Positions 10,033 to 20,131 are shown, counted from the stretch's first letter. The stretch: DNA of 64,000 bases from Bacteroidia bacterium (GCA_046291695.1 JBKBSO010000008.1:5419-69418); one strand, 5' to 3'. Program-made: numbers and translations. The notes: generated by a model from the sequence alone, not told the origin.

Positions 10033-10727
10033 CCCTTCAGCCTACTGCCATAATCACCGGTGCTTCACGAGGCATAGGCGCCGCTTGCGCTAAAGCATTG
10101 GCCCAAAATGGCTTTCGGCTCGCGTTGCTTGCCCGAAACCTACCCGAATTGGAGGAAGTAGCGCGGCACTGCCAGGCCCCAGCTCATGAAATATTATGCC
10201 TACAAACTGATTTGCGCAACGAAAGCGAAATCCTAAGCGCCGTTCAACTGGCCAAAACACAATTTGGACAAATAGACATCCTCATCAATAATGCGGGAAT
10301 TGGCAGTTTTGGGCCCATCGAAAGCCTAGCTTATAATCAATTAGAAGAAATGCTACGCATAAACCTGATGGCCCCTTACAAGCTTTGCCAACTACTCTTG
10401 CCTGAAATGAAAGCACGCAATAGCGGGCATATCGTCAACATCCTTTCCGATGCTGCGCGTCGTAGTTTCCGTGGAGGAACGGCTTATTGTGCTTCTAAAT
10501 ATGCTTTCGACGGAATGCTCGGCTGCCTGCGCGAAGAGATAGCTGCTTTCAATATCCGATTAACCAATGTCTATCCAGGATTGGTAAACACCTGGTTCAA
10601 CAACAAAACCCCACAAGCGCCAGCACCTGGGCGGCTCGAGGCTTCAGAAGTGGCTGAATATGTGCTCAAAAGCTTGTTCAATCCGGATGGCCCCGATGAG
10701 CTCTTCTTGAGTGCCCCAAAAGTCTAA
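10029..10727 (+). CDS. SDR family oxidoreductase
   Basis: TGASRGIG, INNAG, YCASK; 4-nt ATGA overlap with gmhB. Confidence 0.92.
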   Translation: MTLQPTAIITGASRGIGAACAKALAQNGFRLALLARNLPELEEVARHCQAPAHEILCLQTDLRNESEILSAVQLAKTQFGQIDILINNAGIGSFGPIESLAYNQLEEMLRINLMAPYKLCQLLLPEMKARNSGHIVNILSDAARRSFRGGTAYCASKYAFDGMLGCLREEIAAFNIRLTNVYPGLVNTWFNNKTPQAPAPGRLEASEVAEYVLKSLFNPDGPDELFLSAPKV

Positions 10728-10810
10728 TACATTAAAGTGCCATTAATTTTAATATTCCCTCAAGCTGAATAGATAAGCTTTTCACGAAAGCCCGTAACTT
10801 GGCAACTGCA

Positions 10811-11311
10811 ATGATGCGCAAATCACTTCTGCTTTTCTTCGGCCTACTGTTGTGGGAATCGGCTGCGGCACAACGTCCAACGGTCTATGTTTTTTTCGCT
10901 GAAAGTTGTCCGGTTTGCCAGTATTACACCCCAAAATTACGCGATATGCAGCTCCGATTTGGAGACGATGTACGCTGGGTAGCCGTTTTCCCCAACAAAC
11001 TCTCAAGCGATACCTCTGCCCTCAATTTCCTGCTTCGTCACGATTTGGCCATGGTTATTCGGCTCGACCCTAAGCAAGTCTTTAGCCGGGTTTATGGTAT
11101 TGAGGTTAGCCCGGAAGTAGTGGTAAAAGACGCAAAAGGCCGAATGAAATACAAAGGTCGAATCGATGACTTTTATATTGCTCCGGGTAAAAAGCGCGCT
11201 CGAGCCACCACCAATGAACTCGAAACTGTATTGGAGCGACTCCAAAAAGGGCAAGATTTTAATTACTTCGAAACCAGGGCCGTGGGCTGTTTGCTCAACA
11301 ATACCCAGTAA
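10811..11311 (+). CDS. Exported thioredoxin-fold redoxin (AhpC/TSA-like)
   Basis: Signal peptide, ESCPVC (CxxC), SPEVVV, YKGRIDD, C-terminal GC. Confidence 0.8.
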   Translation: MMRKSLLLFFGLLLWESAAAQRPTVYVFFAESCPVCQYYTPKLRDMQLRFGDDVRWVAVFPNKLSSDTSALNFLLRHDLAMVIRLDPKQVFSRVYGIEVSPEVVVKDAKGRMKYKGRIDDFYIAPGKKRARATTNELETVLERLQKGQDFNYFETRAVGCLLNNTQ

Positions 11312-11393
11312 CTAGCGAAGCTGATTCTTAATCAACCCTTAAATTTCCATTGCCAGTTAGCTTCATATCATCATTTTTGCGTAGTTTAGAAGC

Positions 11394-12956
11394 ATGAGAA
11401 CTTCTGCCATTAGGTTGAGCCTGTGCTTTTTAGGTTTGGTTTCTGTATGCCATGCCCAGCAAATTACCTGGAGCGAACACATCGCCCCCATCGTTTTTCA
11501 ACATTGCACACCTTGTCACCGACCTGGTGAAATTGGCCCCATGCCCTTTACCAATTACCTGGAAGCCTCTGCCTATGCCTCTATGATTTCATTTACGGTA
11601 CAAACCGGCTATATGCCCCCCTGGCAGCCCGACCCCAATTATAGCAGCCTCATTGGCGAACGCGTGCTTAGCCAACAGGAAGTTCAACTGATCACCAACT
11701 GGGTTCAACAAGGCGCTTTGCGAGGCGATCCGGCCCTTGAACCACCCCTGCCCCAGTTCCCAGGTGGCTCACAACTAGGCCAGCCCGATACCGTCATCAG
11801 TATGGCACAAGCCTATTTGCATGCCGGAAATAATCAGGATATGTATCGGGTATTTGTATTACCTACTAACCTCAACGAAAACAAAAAAATAAAAGCCATT
11901 GAATTCAGACCCGGAAATAAAAAGATTGTACACCACGCCATTTTGGGCATCGACCTCAGCGGACAAGGGCGCATACGCGATAGCCTGGCTCCTGGCTATG
12001 GATATACCCAGTTTTTTGGCTTCGGATTTCAACCTACCGAAGACAATTGGTATGGTTGGGCACCAGGTGCCGCAGCCAAGTATTTCCCAGCTAACATTGG
12101 TAAACAATTACCAGCTGGTGCCGACATTTTGGTGCAGATGCACTACGCACCTAGCCCCATTGCCGAATATGATTCCAGCAGCATTAACCTGTTTTACGAT
12201 CGCAGCAATGAGGTAAGCCGGCTCGAACAAATTGCCTTCATATCACCGCAAAACCTTACCAATGGTCCATTTTTCATTCCAGCAAACGCCAAACGAACCT
12301 TCAATGGACGGTTCAGAATAAATGCTGAAATTTCACTGCTGAGCGTTTTTCCGCACAGTCACCTTATCGGTACCGACTGGAAAGTGTTTGCTGTTCGTCC
12401 AGGAAATGACACCGTTAACCTCATTAGCATACCAGAATGGGACTTCAATTGGCAGGGGTTTTACTATTTTCCCCGATTAATTAGACTCCCTGCAAACAGT
12501 TGGATTTATGCAGAAGCCAGTTACGACAACACCGCTGCCAATCCAAACAACCCCAATAGTCCTCCACAAAACATTAGTTGGGGCGAAAATACCACCGACG
12601 AAATGTACCTCTGTTACTTTGGCTTTGTTCCGTATGAAGCGGGCGATGAAAATATCGTATTAAGTGATGGCGATGCACGAGACATCCTAAAACTACAAAC
12701 TAAATTGTATCCAATTTATCCCAATCCGGCTCAAGATGAAGTCACCATCGGCTTCCAACTTAATAGAGCCGATAAAATCAGCCTTAGCGTTTACGACAGT
12801 CAGGGGCGCAAGCTGAAGGAACTACGAAGTGGATTATTTCAGCCAGGCCAACATATGGTGAAGTTTAATGCACAAGAACTTTCTTCTGGCGTATATGTCA
12901 TCAGTCTAACTACGGCTTCAGGAAGTCAGCAACAACAAAAGTTGGTGGTTCGCTAA
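11394..12956 (+). CDS. Cytochrome c + copper type II (PHM/DBM-like) monooxygenase with T9SS type A sorting domain
   Basis: Signal peptide; CTPCH at 11505-11519; MPPW; VHH (H180,H181), MHY (H250), PHSH (H321,H323), DEM (M404); CTD with YPNP...GVYVI...KLVVR. Confidence 0.82.
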   Translation: MRTSAIRLSLCFLGLVSVCHAQQITWSEHIAPIVFQHCTPCHRPGEIGPMPFTNYLEASAYASMISFTVQTGYMPPWQPDPNYSSLIGERVLSQQEVQLITNWVQQGALRGDPALEPPLPQFPGGSQLGQPDTVISMAQAYLHAGNNQDMYRVFVLPTNLNENKKIKAIEFRPGNKKIVHHAILGIDLSGQGRIRDSLAPGYGYTQFFGFGFQPTEDNWYGWAPGAAAKYFPANIGKQLPAGADILVQMHYAPSPIAEYDSSSINLFYDRSNEVSRLEQIAFISPQNLTNGPFFIPANAKRTFNGRFRINAEISLLSVFPHSHLIGTDWKVFAVRPGNDTVNLISIPEWDFNWQGFYYFPRLIRLPANSWIYAEASYDNTAANPNNPNSPPQNISWGENTTDEMYLCYFGFVPYEAGDENIVLSDGDARDILKLQTKLYPIYPNPAQDEVTIGFQLNRADKISLSVYDSQGRKLKELRSGLFQPGQHMVKFNAQELSSGVYVISLTTASGSQQQQKLVVR

Positions 12957-13886
12957 TTAGCGATGATGGATAAAGTATCCAGCAAGTTCCATCATCCAAG
13001 CAAGGCCAATGTGCAGTAAAATCCCGCCCCAGATACTACGGCTGTAATAACTAAAAATACCCAAGAGCATCCCTCCAAAAAAGCTACTGATGGTTTCTCC
13101 GAGGGGTTTTCCAAAATGGATCATCACGTAAACTACGGCCATGGGTAAAATAGCCGTAGGCCCCAAAATGCGTACAAAGGCCAAAACTAAAAAACCTCTG
13201 AAGAAATACTCAGTGGCATAAAAATCGAGCGCATAACTGATTTCGAAGAGCAGCACACGTTCCGTCTGTAAGTCGCCACCTTGGGGCCACATACGCATAA
13301 AACGCGGATAAAATGCCCCAAAATCATCTTGCATAGCAGCAGGTATTACAATCAAGCTAGCGAGCATTAGTAAAAACAGATAAGGCTTCATATTCGATGG
13401 GCGCAAGCCATGGAATACTGCCAGCCGCTTTTGTCCCAGCCAACCCAAAAGTCCTAAAGGAACGATGATGCTCAATGCCTGTACCCATTGAGCGGCGGTA
13501 AACCAATAGAAGTAATAGGTGTTGGTGTCCCAGCGAGATGCGTGCTGGGTTAACCAATTATAATGACCATTAAAAGCACATCTTGTGGCATAAATGGCCA
13601 TTCCAAACAACAAAAACGGCACCCAATTTCGCCAATATACACAACTATGTACTGAGGGTTTCATCAGTGCCCAAACTGTAAACCAAGCAAGGCTGTAGTA
13701 AGTGAGGTGCGATAAAAACCCTTTCCAAAATACTTGTCCACGAGGAAATAGTGTCTTTTCGATTTGCAAACTATACTCCAAACTGGTAAGAATCACAATA
13801 AAAAATACCGGCATTAACCACCTCAACCGTGAAGGCTCAATTACCTCAACATAATACTGCTTAAGGTAGCCGCCAAGTTGCTTCAT
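12957..13886 (-). CDS. CPBP (CAAX protease / Abi) family intramembrane metalloprotease
   Basis: TEYFFRG, IHFGKP, HIGLAW; multiple TM segments. Confidence 0.85.
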   Translation of the reverse strand: MKQLGGYLKQYYVEVIEPSRLRWLMPVFFIVILTSLEYSLQIEKTLFPRGQVFWKGFLSHLTYYSLAWFTVWALMKPSVHSCVYWRNWVPFLLFGMAIYATRCAFNGHYNWLTQHASRWDTNTYYFYWFTAAQWVQALSIIVPLGLLGWLGQKRLAVFHGLRPSNMKPYLFLLMLASLIVIPAAMQDDFGAFYPRFMRMWPQGGDLQTERVLLFEISYALDFYATEYFFRGFLVLAFVRILGPTAILPMAVVYVMIHFGKPLGETISSFFGGMLLGIFSYYSRSIWGGILLHIGLAWMMELAGYFIHHR

Positions 13887-13894
13887 AGGATAAG

Positions 13895-15307
13895 TTAAAA
13901 AGAAGCCGCGTCTTGAACGCGTACACAACCATCAGCATCGATTTGAACGAGCTGCACCGGATGCAATTCATTCGTAAGTAAAGGATCGTATTGGGCTTTT
14001 ACTTTGATGTAATTATCTGTAAATCCGTACATGAACGCTTCATGTTGTTCGTGTTCAAAAAGTACGGTTCTTTGCTCGCCCATATGCTTTTGAAAAAAAG
14101 CCCTGCGCTTTTTGTCGCTCAATATACTGAGTATTTTATTTCGCTCCGAACGCTTGCCATTGGGTACTCGGCCCTCCATCCGCACGGCTTTGGTATTGTC
14201 GCGTTCTGAATAGGTGAAAACATGTAGGTAGCTAATATCAAGTCCGTTCAAAAACTCATAAGTTTCTAAAAAATCGGTATCTGTTTCTCCCGGAAAGCCT
14301 ACAATCACATCTACTCCTATGCAGCAATGTGGCATCAAAGCTTTGATTTCTGCCACACGATCGGCATACAACTCCCGTAAATATCTTCGCTGCATTTTTT
14401 TGAGGATACGATTCGAACCCGACTGAAGCGGAATGTGAAAATGGGGAACAAAACGCTTGCTGTTAGCCACAAAAGCAATAATATCGTTGCTCAACAGGTT
14501 AGGCTCAATGCTCGAAATGCGAAAGCGGGCAATGTCCTCTACCTCATCTAATTCCCTGATCAAATCAAGGAAACTGCCATACGGCCTAGTGCGTTTGTCA
14601 TCGTTTTGACCGTCGTACCCAAAATCTCCAATATTTACCCCGGTGAGCACGATTTCTTTCACACCTTGTTGGCCAATATCGCGGGCATTTTGTACAATTT
14701 CGTCTATGGCCGATGAACGGCTATGTCCTCTGGCCAATGGAATGGTACAAAAACTACAACTATAATTACAACCATCCTGCACCTTCAAAAACGACCGGGT
14801 ACGATCGCCTACCGAAAAACTGGAAACAAAACGATTCACCTTTTCAATATCACCGGCCAACACTTTTGGGGTATCGCGTTTTTTAAAATCATCGAGATGC
14901 TCCAAAAGGTTGAATTTCTCAGCAGCCCCTAAAACAGCATCTACACCCGGAATTTCAGCGATTTCTCGGGGTTTCAATTGCGCATAACAACCAATAATGG
15001 CTACATAAGCCGAAGGCGAATGCTTGAGGGCCTGCTGAACCACCTTTTTGCATTTTCGGTCGGCATGGTCGGTTACCGAACAGGTATTGATTACGTAAAC
15101 GTCGGCCCCCTCATTGAAGCCTACTTTCCGAAAACCATTTTCCGTAAAAATGCGACTGATGGCCGATGTTTCACTGAAGTTTAGTTTACACCCTAAGGTA
15201 TAAAATGCTACCGTTCGACCTGCAGAAGTCACATCCGTATGCCCTACATCATGCTCAGATGGCTGGGCCTGCGCCGATGCCGCAAAATCCTCCTGAAATG
15301 TTCCCAT
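13895..15307 (-). CDS. mtaB: tRNA t6A37 methylthiotransferase MtaB
   Basis: TLGCKLNFSET, NTCSVT, radical SAM CNYSCSFC, GVDVIVGFPGET. Confidence 0.95.
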   Translation of the reverse strand: MGTFQEDFAASAQAQPSEHDVGHTDVTSAGRTVAFYTLGCKLNFSETSAISRIFTENGFRKVGFNEGADVYVINTCSVTDHADRKCKKVVQQALKHSPSAYVAIIGCYAQLKPREIAEIPGVDAVLGAAEKFNLLEHLDDFKKRDTPKVLAGDIEKVNRFVSSFSVGDRTRSFLKVQDGCNYSCSFCTIPLARGHSRSSAIDEIVQNARDIGQQGVKEIVLTGVNIGDFGYDGQNDDKRTRPYGSFLDLIRELDEVEDIARFRISSIEPNLLSNDIIAFVANSKRFVPHFHIPLQSGSNRILKKMQRRYLRELYADRVAEIKALMPHCCIGVDVIVGFPGETDTDFLETYEFLNGLDISYLHVFTYSERDNTKAVRMEGRVPNGKRSERNKILSILSDKKRRAFFQKHMGEQRTVLFEHEQHEAFMYGFTDNYIKVKAQYDPLLTNELHPVQLVQIDADGCVRVQDAASF

Positions 15308-16080
15308 TACTTTTTATTAAACGCCCGTAAACGTATGCCCGTGATTACTTTTTTGGTGTATCCCGGAAAATCGCCATCCATCATCCATTGATAATAACCG
15401 GGTTCGCGGGCAAAAACTTCTTCAACGGGAACGCCCTTATGCTTTCCGAAATTAAAGACTTCCTGCTGCTTATCGTTCCATACAATTCTACCTGCCAAGT
15501 CAACCGACTTGTTGTTTCGAGAAGTATATCGATGCAAAAAATCCACATCGTTTTTGATGTCCTGATAGCGCTCAAGCTGGCTCAACAAAATTTCATAGGT
15601 AGCCCTAATATCGGCCTCGGCGCTGTGAGCGTTTTCTAAATCTCTGCCACAATAAAAGCGGTAGGCAGCCTTCAAATCGCGTGGTTCGTTCTTATGAAAA
15701 ATGGTTTGCACATCTACAAATTTGCGCTGTGAAATGTCAAAATCCACCTCCACCCGCATAAACTCTTCTACCAACATGGGCAGATCGAAATAATTTGAAT
15801 TATAGCCTGCAAAATCACAGTCGCGCATAAACTCATTGAGCTTTGGCGCAAATTCCTTAAAAGTGGGCATTTCCTTTACGTCCACATCAAAAATACCATG
15901 GATCTTGCTCGTTTCCGCCGGTATGGGCATTTCGGGATTGATACGTTGCTCCAACATCTGCTGGCTTCCATCGGGCATCACCTTGAGTACGGCTATCTCT
16001 ACAATACGATCGGCCGACTGACTTAACCCCGTGGTTTCCAAATCAAAAAAGGCCAACGGACGCTTTAAATTTAACTGCAT
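15307..16080 (-). CDS. DEDDh 3'-5' exonuclease (DNA polymerase III epsilon-like)
   Basis: FDLETTG, GYNSNYFD, HSAEAD, FGKHKG; ATG at 16080. Confidence 0.9.
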   Translation of the reverse strand: MQLNLKRPLAFFDLETTGLSQSADRIVEIAVLKVMPDGSQQMLEQRINPEMPIPAETSKIHGIFDVDVKEMPTFKEFAPKLNEFMRDCDFAGYNSNYFDLPMLVEEFMRVEVDFDISQRKFVDVQTIFHKNEPRDLKAAYRFYCGRDLENAHSAEADIRATYEILLSQLERYQDIKNDVDFLHRYTSRNNKSVDLAGRIVWNDKQQEVFNFGKHKGVPVEEVFAREPGYYQWMMDGDFPGYTKKVITGIRLRAFNKK

Positions 16081-16096
16081 AAGATTTATTTCGACG

Positions 16097-16104
16097 CAAA
16101 GATA
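16097..16104 (-). promoter_or_regulatory. Bacteroidota -7 promoter box for the exonuclease-mtaB-CPBP operon
   Basis: TATCTTTG on the minus strand, 17 nt before the ATG at 16080. Confidence 0.55.
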
Positions 16105-16229
16105 CAAATGTCGGTCGGTCTCCCTGTTTTAGTTTACACACCAGTTGCTCAACAAATTTCAGGAATTCGTCGATTTTGTAAAAATAAATGGCGAATGTGT
16201 ATCACCTTTGCAGCCGTTAATTCAAGCCA

Positions 16230-17153
16230 TTGGAGCTACTCGCTAAGCTGAATCTATGCATTTGGCGCAAAAACCTCAAAACACTTCAATACGAATACCT
16301 AAGTCCGGCTACCTCAGGCATATACGGTCTTTCAATTGAAAATATTCAATCTAACCCCGATTTTTGGCTGTCGCAAGTGCATCCCGACGATTTACCTATG
16401 GTGCTTAGCTATGCCACAGCACTTTCAGAAAATCCTATTGAAGTAGATATAGAGTACCGATTACTTTTTTCGGACGGAAGTATTAAATGGATTAGGGATC
16501 TCAAAAAATCATTGACGGACGAAAACATGCAGGTGGCCTATATTGAAGGCATCTCAGAAGACATTACAGAGCGTAAAGCCTTTAGCCTGAGTTTACAGGC
16601 TTCCGAAGATCGGTACCGATTTTATTTTGAGCACAACCCGATACCCATGTGGGTTTATCGCCCTTCTGATTTGGCCTTCATAAAAGTAAATGAAGCGGCT
16701 TGTATCAAATATGGCTATACCAAGAGCGAGTTTTTGACCATGAATATTGGTCAAATTCGGCCCGAAAGTGATTTGGGGCGATTACGAAACAGTATCGATC
16801 AGCTCAGTTTGGGCTATCACAATTCGGGCGTTTGGCAGCACCTAACAAAGTGTGGAAAAACGCTTTTTGTTCAAATATGTAGTTACACCTACCAGAAAAA
16901 TCACGAACGGAAAACCCTAGTGATGGCGCACGACGTTACCGAAGCTCATATTAACGCACAAAAACTAGAGGCTTATGCCTTCATTACTTCACATCAGCTA
17001 CGCAAGCCACTGGCTAACATCAAAGGCTTGATTGAGTTAATTCGTCACGAAGAAGCATGCGAACAGATAAAAAAGCTGTGCGAGCTTCTTGGGGAAACCT
17101 CCAATGAACTCGACAAAGTGATTCGCAACACCATGGAGCTCATCAGAAAATAA
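16230..17153 (+). CDS. Tandem-PAS protein with C-terminal HisKA helix pair and no ATPase domain
   Basis: VHPDD..WIRD..GISEDITERK; FEHNPIPMW..VNEAA..YGY..EF; H-box SHQLRKPLANIKGL; ORF ends ~40 aa later. Confidence 0.75.
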   Translation: MELLAKLNLCIWRKNLKTLQYEYLSPATSGIYGLSIENIQSNPDFWLSQVHPDDLPMVLSYATALSENPIEVDIEYRLLFSDGSIKWIRDLKKSLTDENMQVAYIEGISEDITERKAFSLSLQASEDRYRFYFEHNPIPMWVYRPSDLAFIKVNEAACIKYGYTKSEFLTMNIGQIRPESDLGRLRNSIDQLSLGYHNSGVWQHLTKCGKTLFVQICSYTYQKNHERKTLVMAHDVTEAHINAQKLEAYAFITSHQLRKPLANIKGLIELIRHEEACEQIKKLCELLGETSNELDKVIRNTMELIRK

Positions 17154-17154
17154 A

Positions 17155-20040
17155 TCAGGGATTCAGCAAAGCGTCGGCACGTCGGCGAGCCTCTGCTGTC
17201 AGCTGATCTGCCCTGTTGTTCGCTTCAGCTTCGGTTCGCCTGGCCTTTTCTTCTGACTCTTCACGTAATTTGCGAGCGGCTAGCTCTGCTGCTGCTTTTT
17301 TCACAGGATTGTTTCCAGCCTCCGAAATGAGCTTTTTAGCTGCATCATCACCTTCTTTTCTGATTACGTCAGCAGCACGCTTGCCTTCGCTACGCAACCG
17401 ATCGCTTTGCACCTTAGCATCCGATAAAATCTTATCGGCTTCCTGCTTCGCTCGCTGTCTTTGACGTTCCAATTCCTCCCGCGCTTTTTGCTCCGATTCG
17501 GACTTTTTCGATTCCAATTCGCGCCTTAATCGCTCCGCTTCTGCCCGCGCCTTGTCTTCAAGCTCTTTTTTACGACGCTCTAACTCTTCGCGTGCCTGAT
17601 CTTTTAAGTTTCCTGCGGCTCCCGAGGTCATGTCCGATAAATCAGCCGAAACCTTCGGGTCGCTTACCGTACCTGTCATTCGCACCTTTATGTTAATATT
17701 GGGCTGTAGCTCTAACTTAACTCCTCTGTTTGCAGCTTGCTTACTTAATTGCGACATCAATTGGTCGGCCGGGCCTAGCAATGCCCTTGGCACTTCCATA
17801 TTGATGGTATAGTCGAGCGTCTGATCGAAGCCATTCGAACCAAAAATCGTCATCTTAATATCTTGGTACACCACATCAAATGGCTGTACATACACCCGCC
17901 CATTTTCAAATTCGAAACTTAAATTCACATTGTTCAATGCCATTTTACGCAATTGATTCATCTTCAGCAAATCAGCCAACTGGTTTAATGGCTTGTAGCC
18001 CGAAATGGTAGCATTAGGGATTTTAAGCAAGCCTCCTCCTGCTAGCGAATTTAAATCAGGAGTCATGTCGTGCAACAAAATGCCATTTACTCCAAACCCG
18101 GTGCTAAACTCCCCACTGGTATATTGCCCAATGGGTGCGATACGCTGCATAGTAACAAAAGTTGTAAAGCTTTCTTGCATGCTAAAGCGCTGCATCCCCA
18201 TATTAAAGTCAAATTCCGGCTTTTTAGGATTTTTGGTCGAATAAGTACCGGCCAACTGTACTGTACCCCCTAGCAAACCCATATTTACATCGCGGAAACC
18301 TACAGACTGATCGCGTAACACCAGTGCTCCCTGCATATTGCTGATTTCCATATTGTCGTATAAGATGCGCTTAAAATCAGCATTTAAAGCAAAATCAATA
18401 TTGCCTGGTATTTCGATGATTTCAAGTGAAGTGCTGTCTGAAGCCGGAGCATCCGCCGTTCCACTTTCTCCTTCACCCATAAGTTCGTTGAGATTCAGCA
18501 AATTGGATTTTACCAAAAAGCTGCCCCGAAGTACATCCGCGTCAAAATAGTATTGTACAAGATTATCGATGCGGCCTGAAGCTCGGATGTCGCTAGTCCC
18601 CATGCGTAAATCGAAATCGCTCAGTTGAACAAACTGAGGACTAAACTGCATGGCAGCGCGCTTAATTTCTACTCCCTTTTCCAAGCCATCGTATTTGGTA
18701 TAAAAATCACTGAGCACCGCATTACCAAGCAAAGTAAAATCTTGATAACGCTCATTTTCAATGGCACTCATATTCCCTCTAGCCGTTAAATCTCCCTCAA
18801 AGTACCCCTGCAGGGCCTTAACCTCTTCTACCGGATACCAGTTTTTAACTTCTGCCAAGTTTAACTTGCCTTTGAAAGCCGCGTCAATAAAAGGGTCGCT
18901 CATGGGGGTAATGGTTTTGAGCTTCAGACTAAATGGATTACCACCTAAATCAAGTGTAAATTTCTTCAAATCAACTACAGTAGCATCCAAATCGCCAGTA
19001 GGATTGCTTAGCTGAAAGTCCATTTCAATGTTCTTGACCGCAGCAGGCAAGTCAGGATACTGAAAGTAGCCTTCGTTCACCAAAAGTTTAAAGTCAAAAG
19101 CAGGCATTTGCTCGTCGTTGTAGATGCCTTTCATTTTGCCATCGAATACAAATTTACCCGAGGTGGTGATGCCTTCAAAATATTCATTAAACACCCCCGG
19201 TACCACACTCAACAAAGCCCTGAAATCGCTTTGCGGCGTACTGAAGCTAAGGTCCATGGCAATGTCTGTCTCGGGCATGGCCACCACACCAGCGAATTTC
19301 AGGTTGAGCTCATTGAGATACAAGTCATTATCCGTAAAAGTGAAGGTGAAATTGGGCATGTTGATGGCAATGGGTACATCGAATTTGCCCTTGGCTTTGT
19401 TCAGGTATTTTACCCCTTCAAAACTGTAGTCAAGGGCAACTATTTCTGTAAAGGTTTTCAACACAAAGTCGTCTTGTGTAAAATCGCCTGTACCACGGTG
19501 ATTCAGCCCCCTGATTACGGCTTTCTGTTTGAAGAAATCATCGTCGTAAACCAAGTTTACGTTTTCTAAACTGTACTTTTTAATACCAAACTTAAATTCA
19601 GTGGCTTCAACTTCGGCTTCTTCTATGAGTTCTGTGGTATCCGGATAGGTAATGTCCCAGTTAACCCTTTCGTCGGCCAGCATACGGAGCATTAGGTCAG
19701 CATTACGCATACTAATGGAACGCACTTGTAAATCGTCGCCCCGAATCACCGACATCAAATCAATTTCAAATCGAAACTCGCCAATACGAGCCAAGGTATC
19801 CCCTTCGAATGGCGCATGGTTCACCACCTCAAGGTCTTGCAGGCTAAAACTAAAGTTCGGAAATGAACGAAATAGACTAAGTTTTACATCGCCCAAGGAT
19901 ACGGTGGCGTTCAGCTGTTCATTAATTTGCTGCAGCGCAATCTCCTTGATTTTCTCTTTATACACCATAGGTAGTACAATGGCTGCTACCAGCAACAATA
20001 CCACAAAGGCCACCAAACCGAAGATTATTTTCTTGAACAT
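17155..20040 (-). CDS. AsmA family protein (bridge-like lipid-transfer superfamily)
   Basis: N-terminal TM, LSLFRSFP, long beta-rich body, GSNGFDQTLDY, charged C-terminal coiled coil. Confidence 0.82.
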   Translation of the reverse strand: MFKKIIFGLVAFVVLLLVAAIVLPMVYKEKIKEIALQQINEQLNATVSLGDVKLSLFRSFPNFSFSLQDLEVVNHAPFEGDTLARIGEFRFEIDLMSVIRGDDLQVRSISMRNADLMLRMLADERVNWDITYPDTTELIEEAEVEATEFKFGIKKYSLENVNLVYDDDFFKQKAVIRGLNHRGTGDFTQDDFVLKTFTEIVALDYSFEGVKYLNKAKGKFDVPIAINMPNFTFTFTDNDLYLNELNLKFAGVVAMPETDIAMDLSFSTPQSDFRALLSVVPGVFNEYFEGITTSGKFVFDGKMKGIYNDEQMPAFDFKLLVNEGYFQYPDLPAAVKNIEMDFQLSNPTGDLDATVVDLKKFTLDLGGNPFSLKLKTITPMSDPFIDAAFKGKLNLAEVKNWYPVEEVKALQGYFEGDLTARGNMSAIENERYQDFTLLGNAVLSDFYTKYDGLEKGVEIKRAAMQFSPQFVQLSDFDLRMGTSDIRASGRIDNLVQYYFDADVLRGSFLVKSNLLNLNELMGEGESGTADAPASDSTSLEIIEIPGNIDFALNADFKRILYDNMEISNMQGALVLRDQSVGFRDVNMGLLGGTVQLAGTYSTKNPKKPEFDFNMGMQRFSMQESFTTFVTMQRIAPIGQYTSGEFSTGFGVNGILLHDMTPDLNSLAGGGLLKIPNATISGYKPLNQLADLLKMNQLRKMALNNVNLSFEFENGRVYVQPFDVVYQDIKMTIFGSNGFDQTLDYTINMEVPRALLGPADQLMSQLSKQAANRGVKLELQPNINIKVRMTGTVSDPKVSADLSDMTSGAAGNLKDQAREELERRKKELEDKARAEAERLRRELESKKSESEQKAREELERQRQRAKQEADKILSDAKVQSDRLRSEGKRAADVIRKEGDDAAKKLISEAGNNPVKKAAAELAARKLREESEEKARRTEAEANNRADQLTAEARRRADALLNP

Positions 20041-20131
20041 AATAGAAGCTTTCCGACAAATTTAGCCAATCGAAGGCACAAATCAGCTAGTGAATCAATT
20101 CAAGCTTTTGCATCATGAGCATATGCACTAC

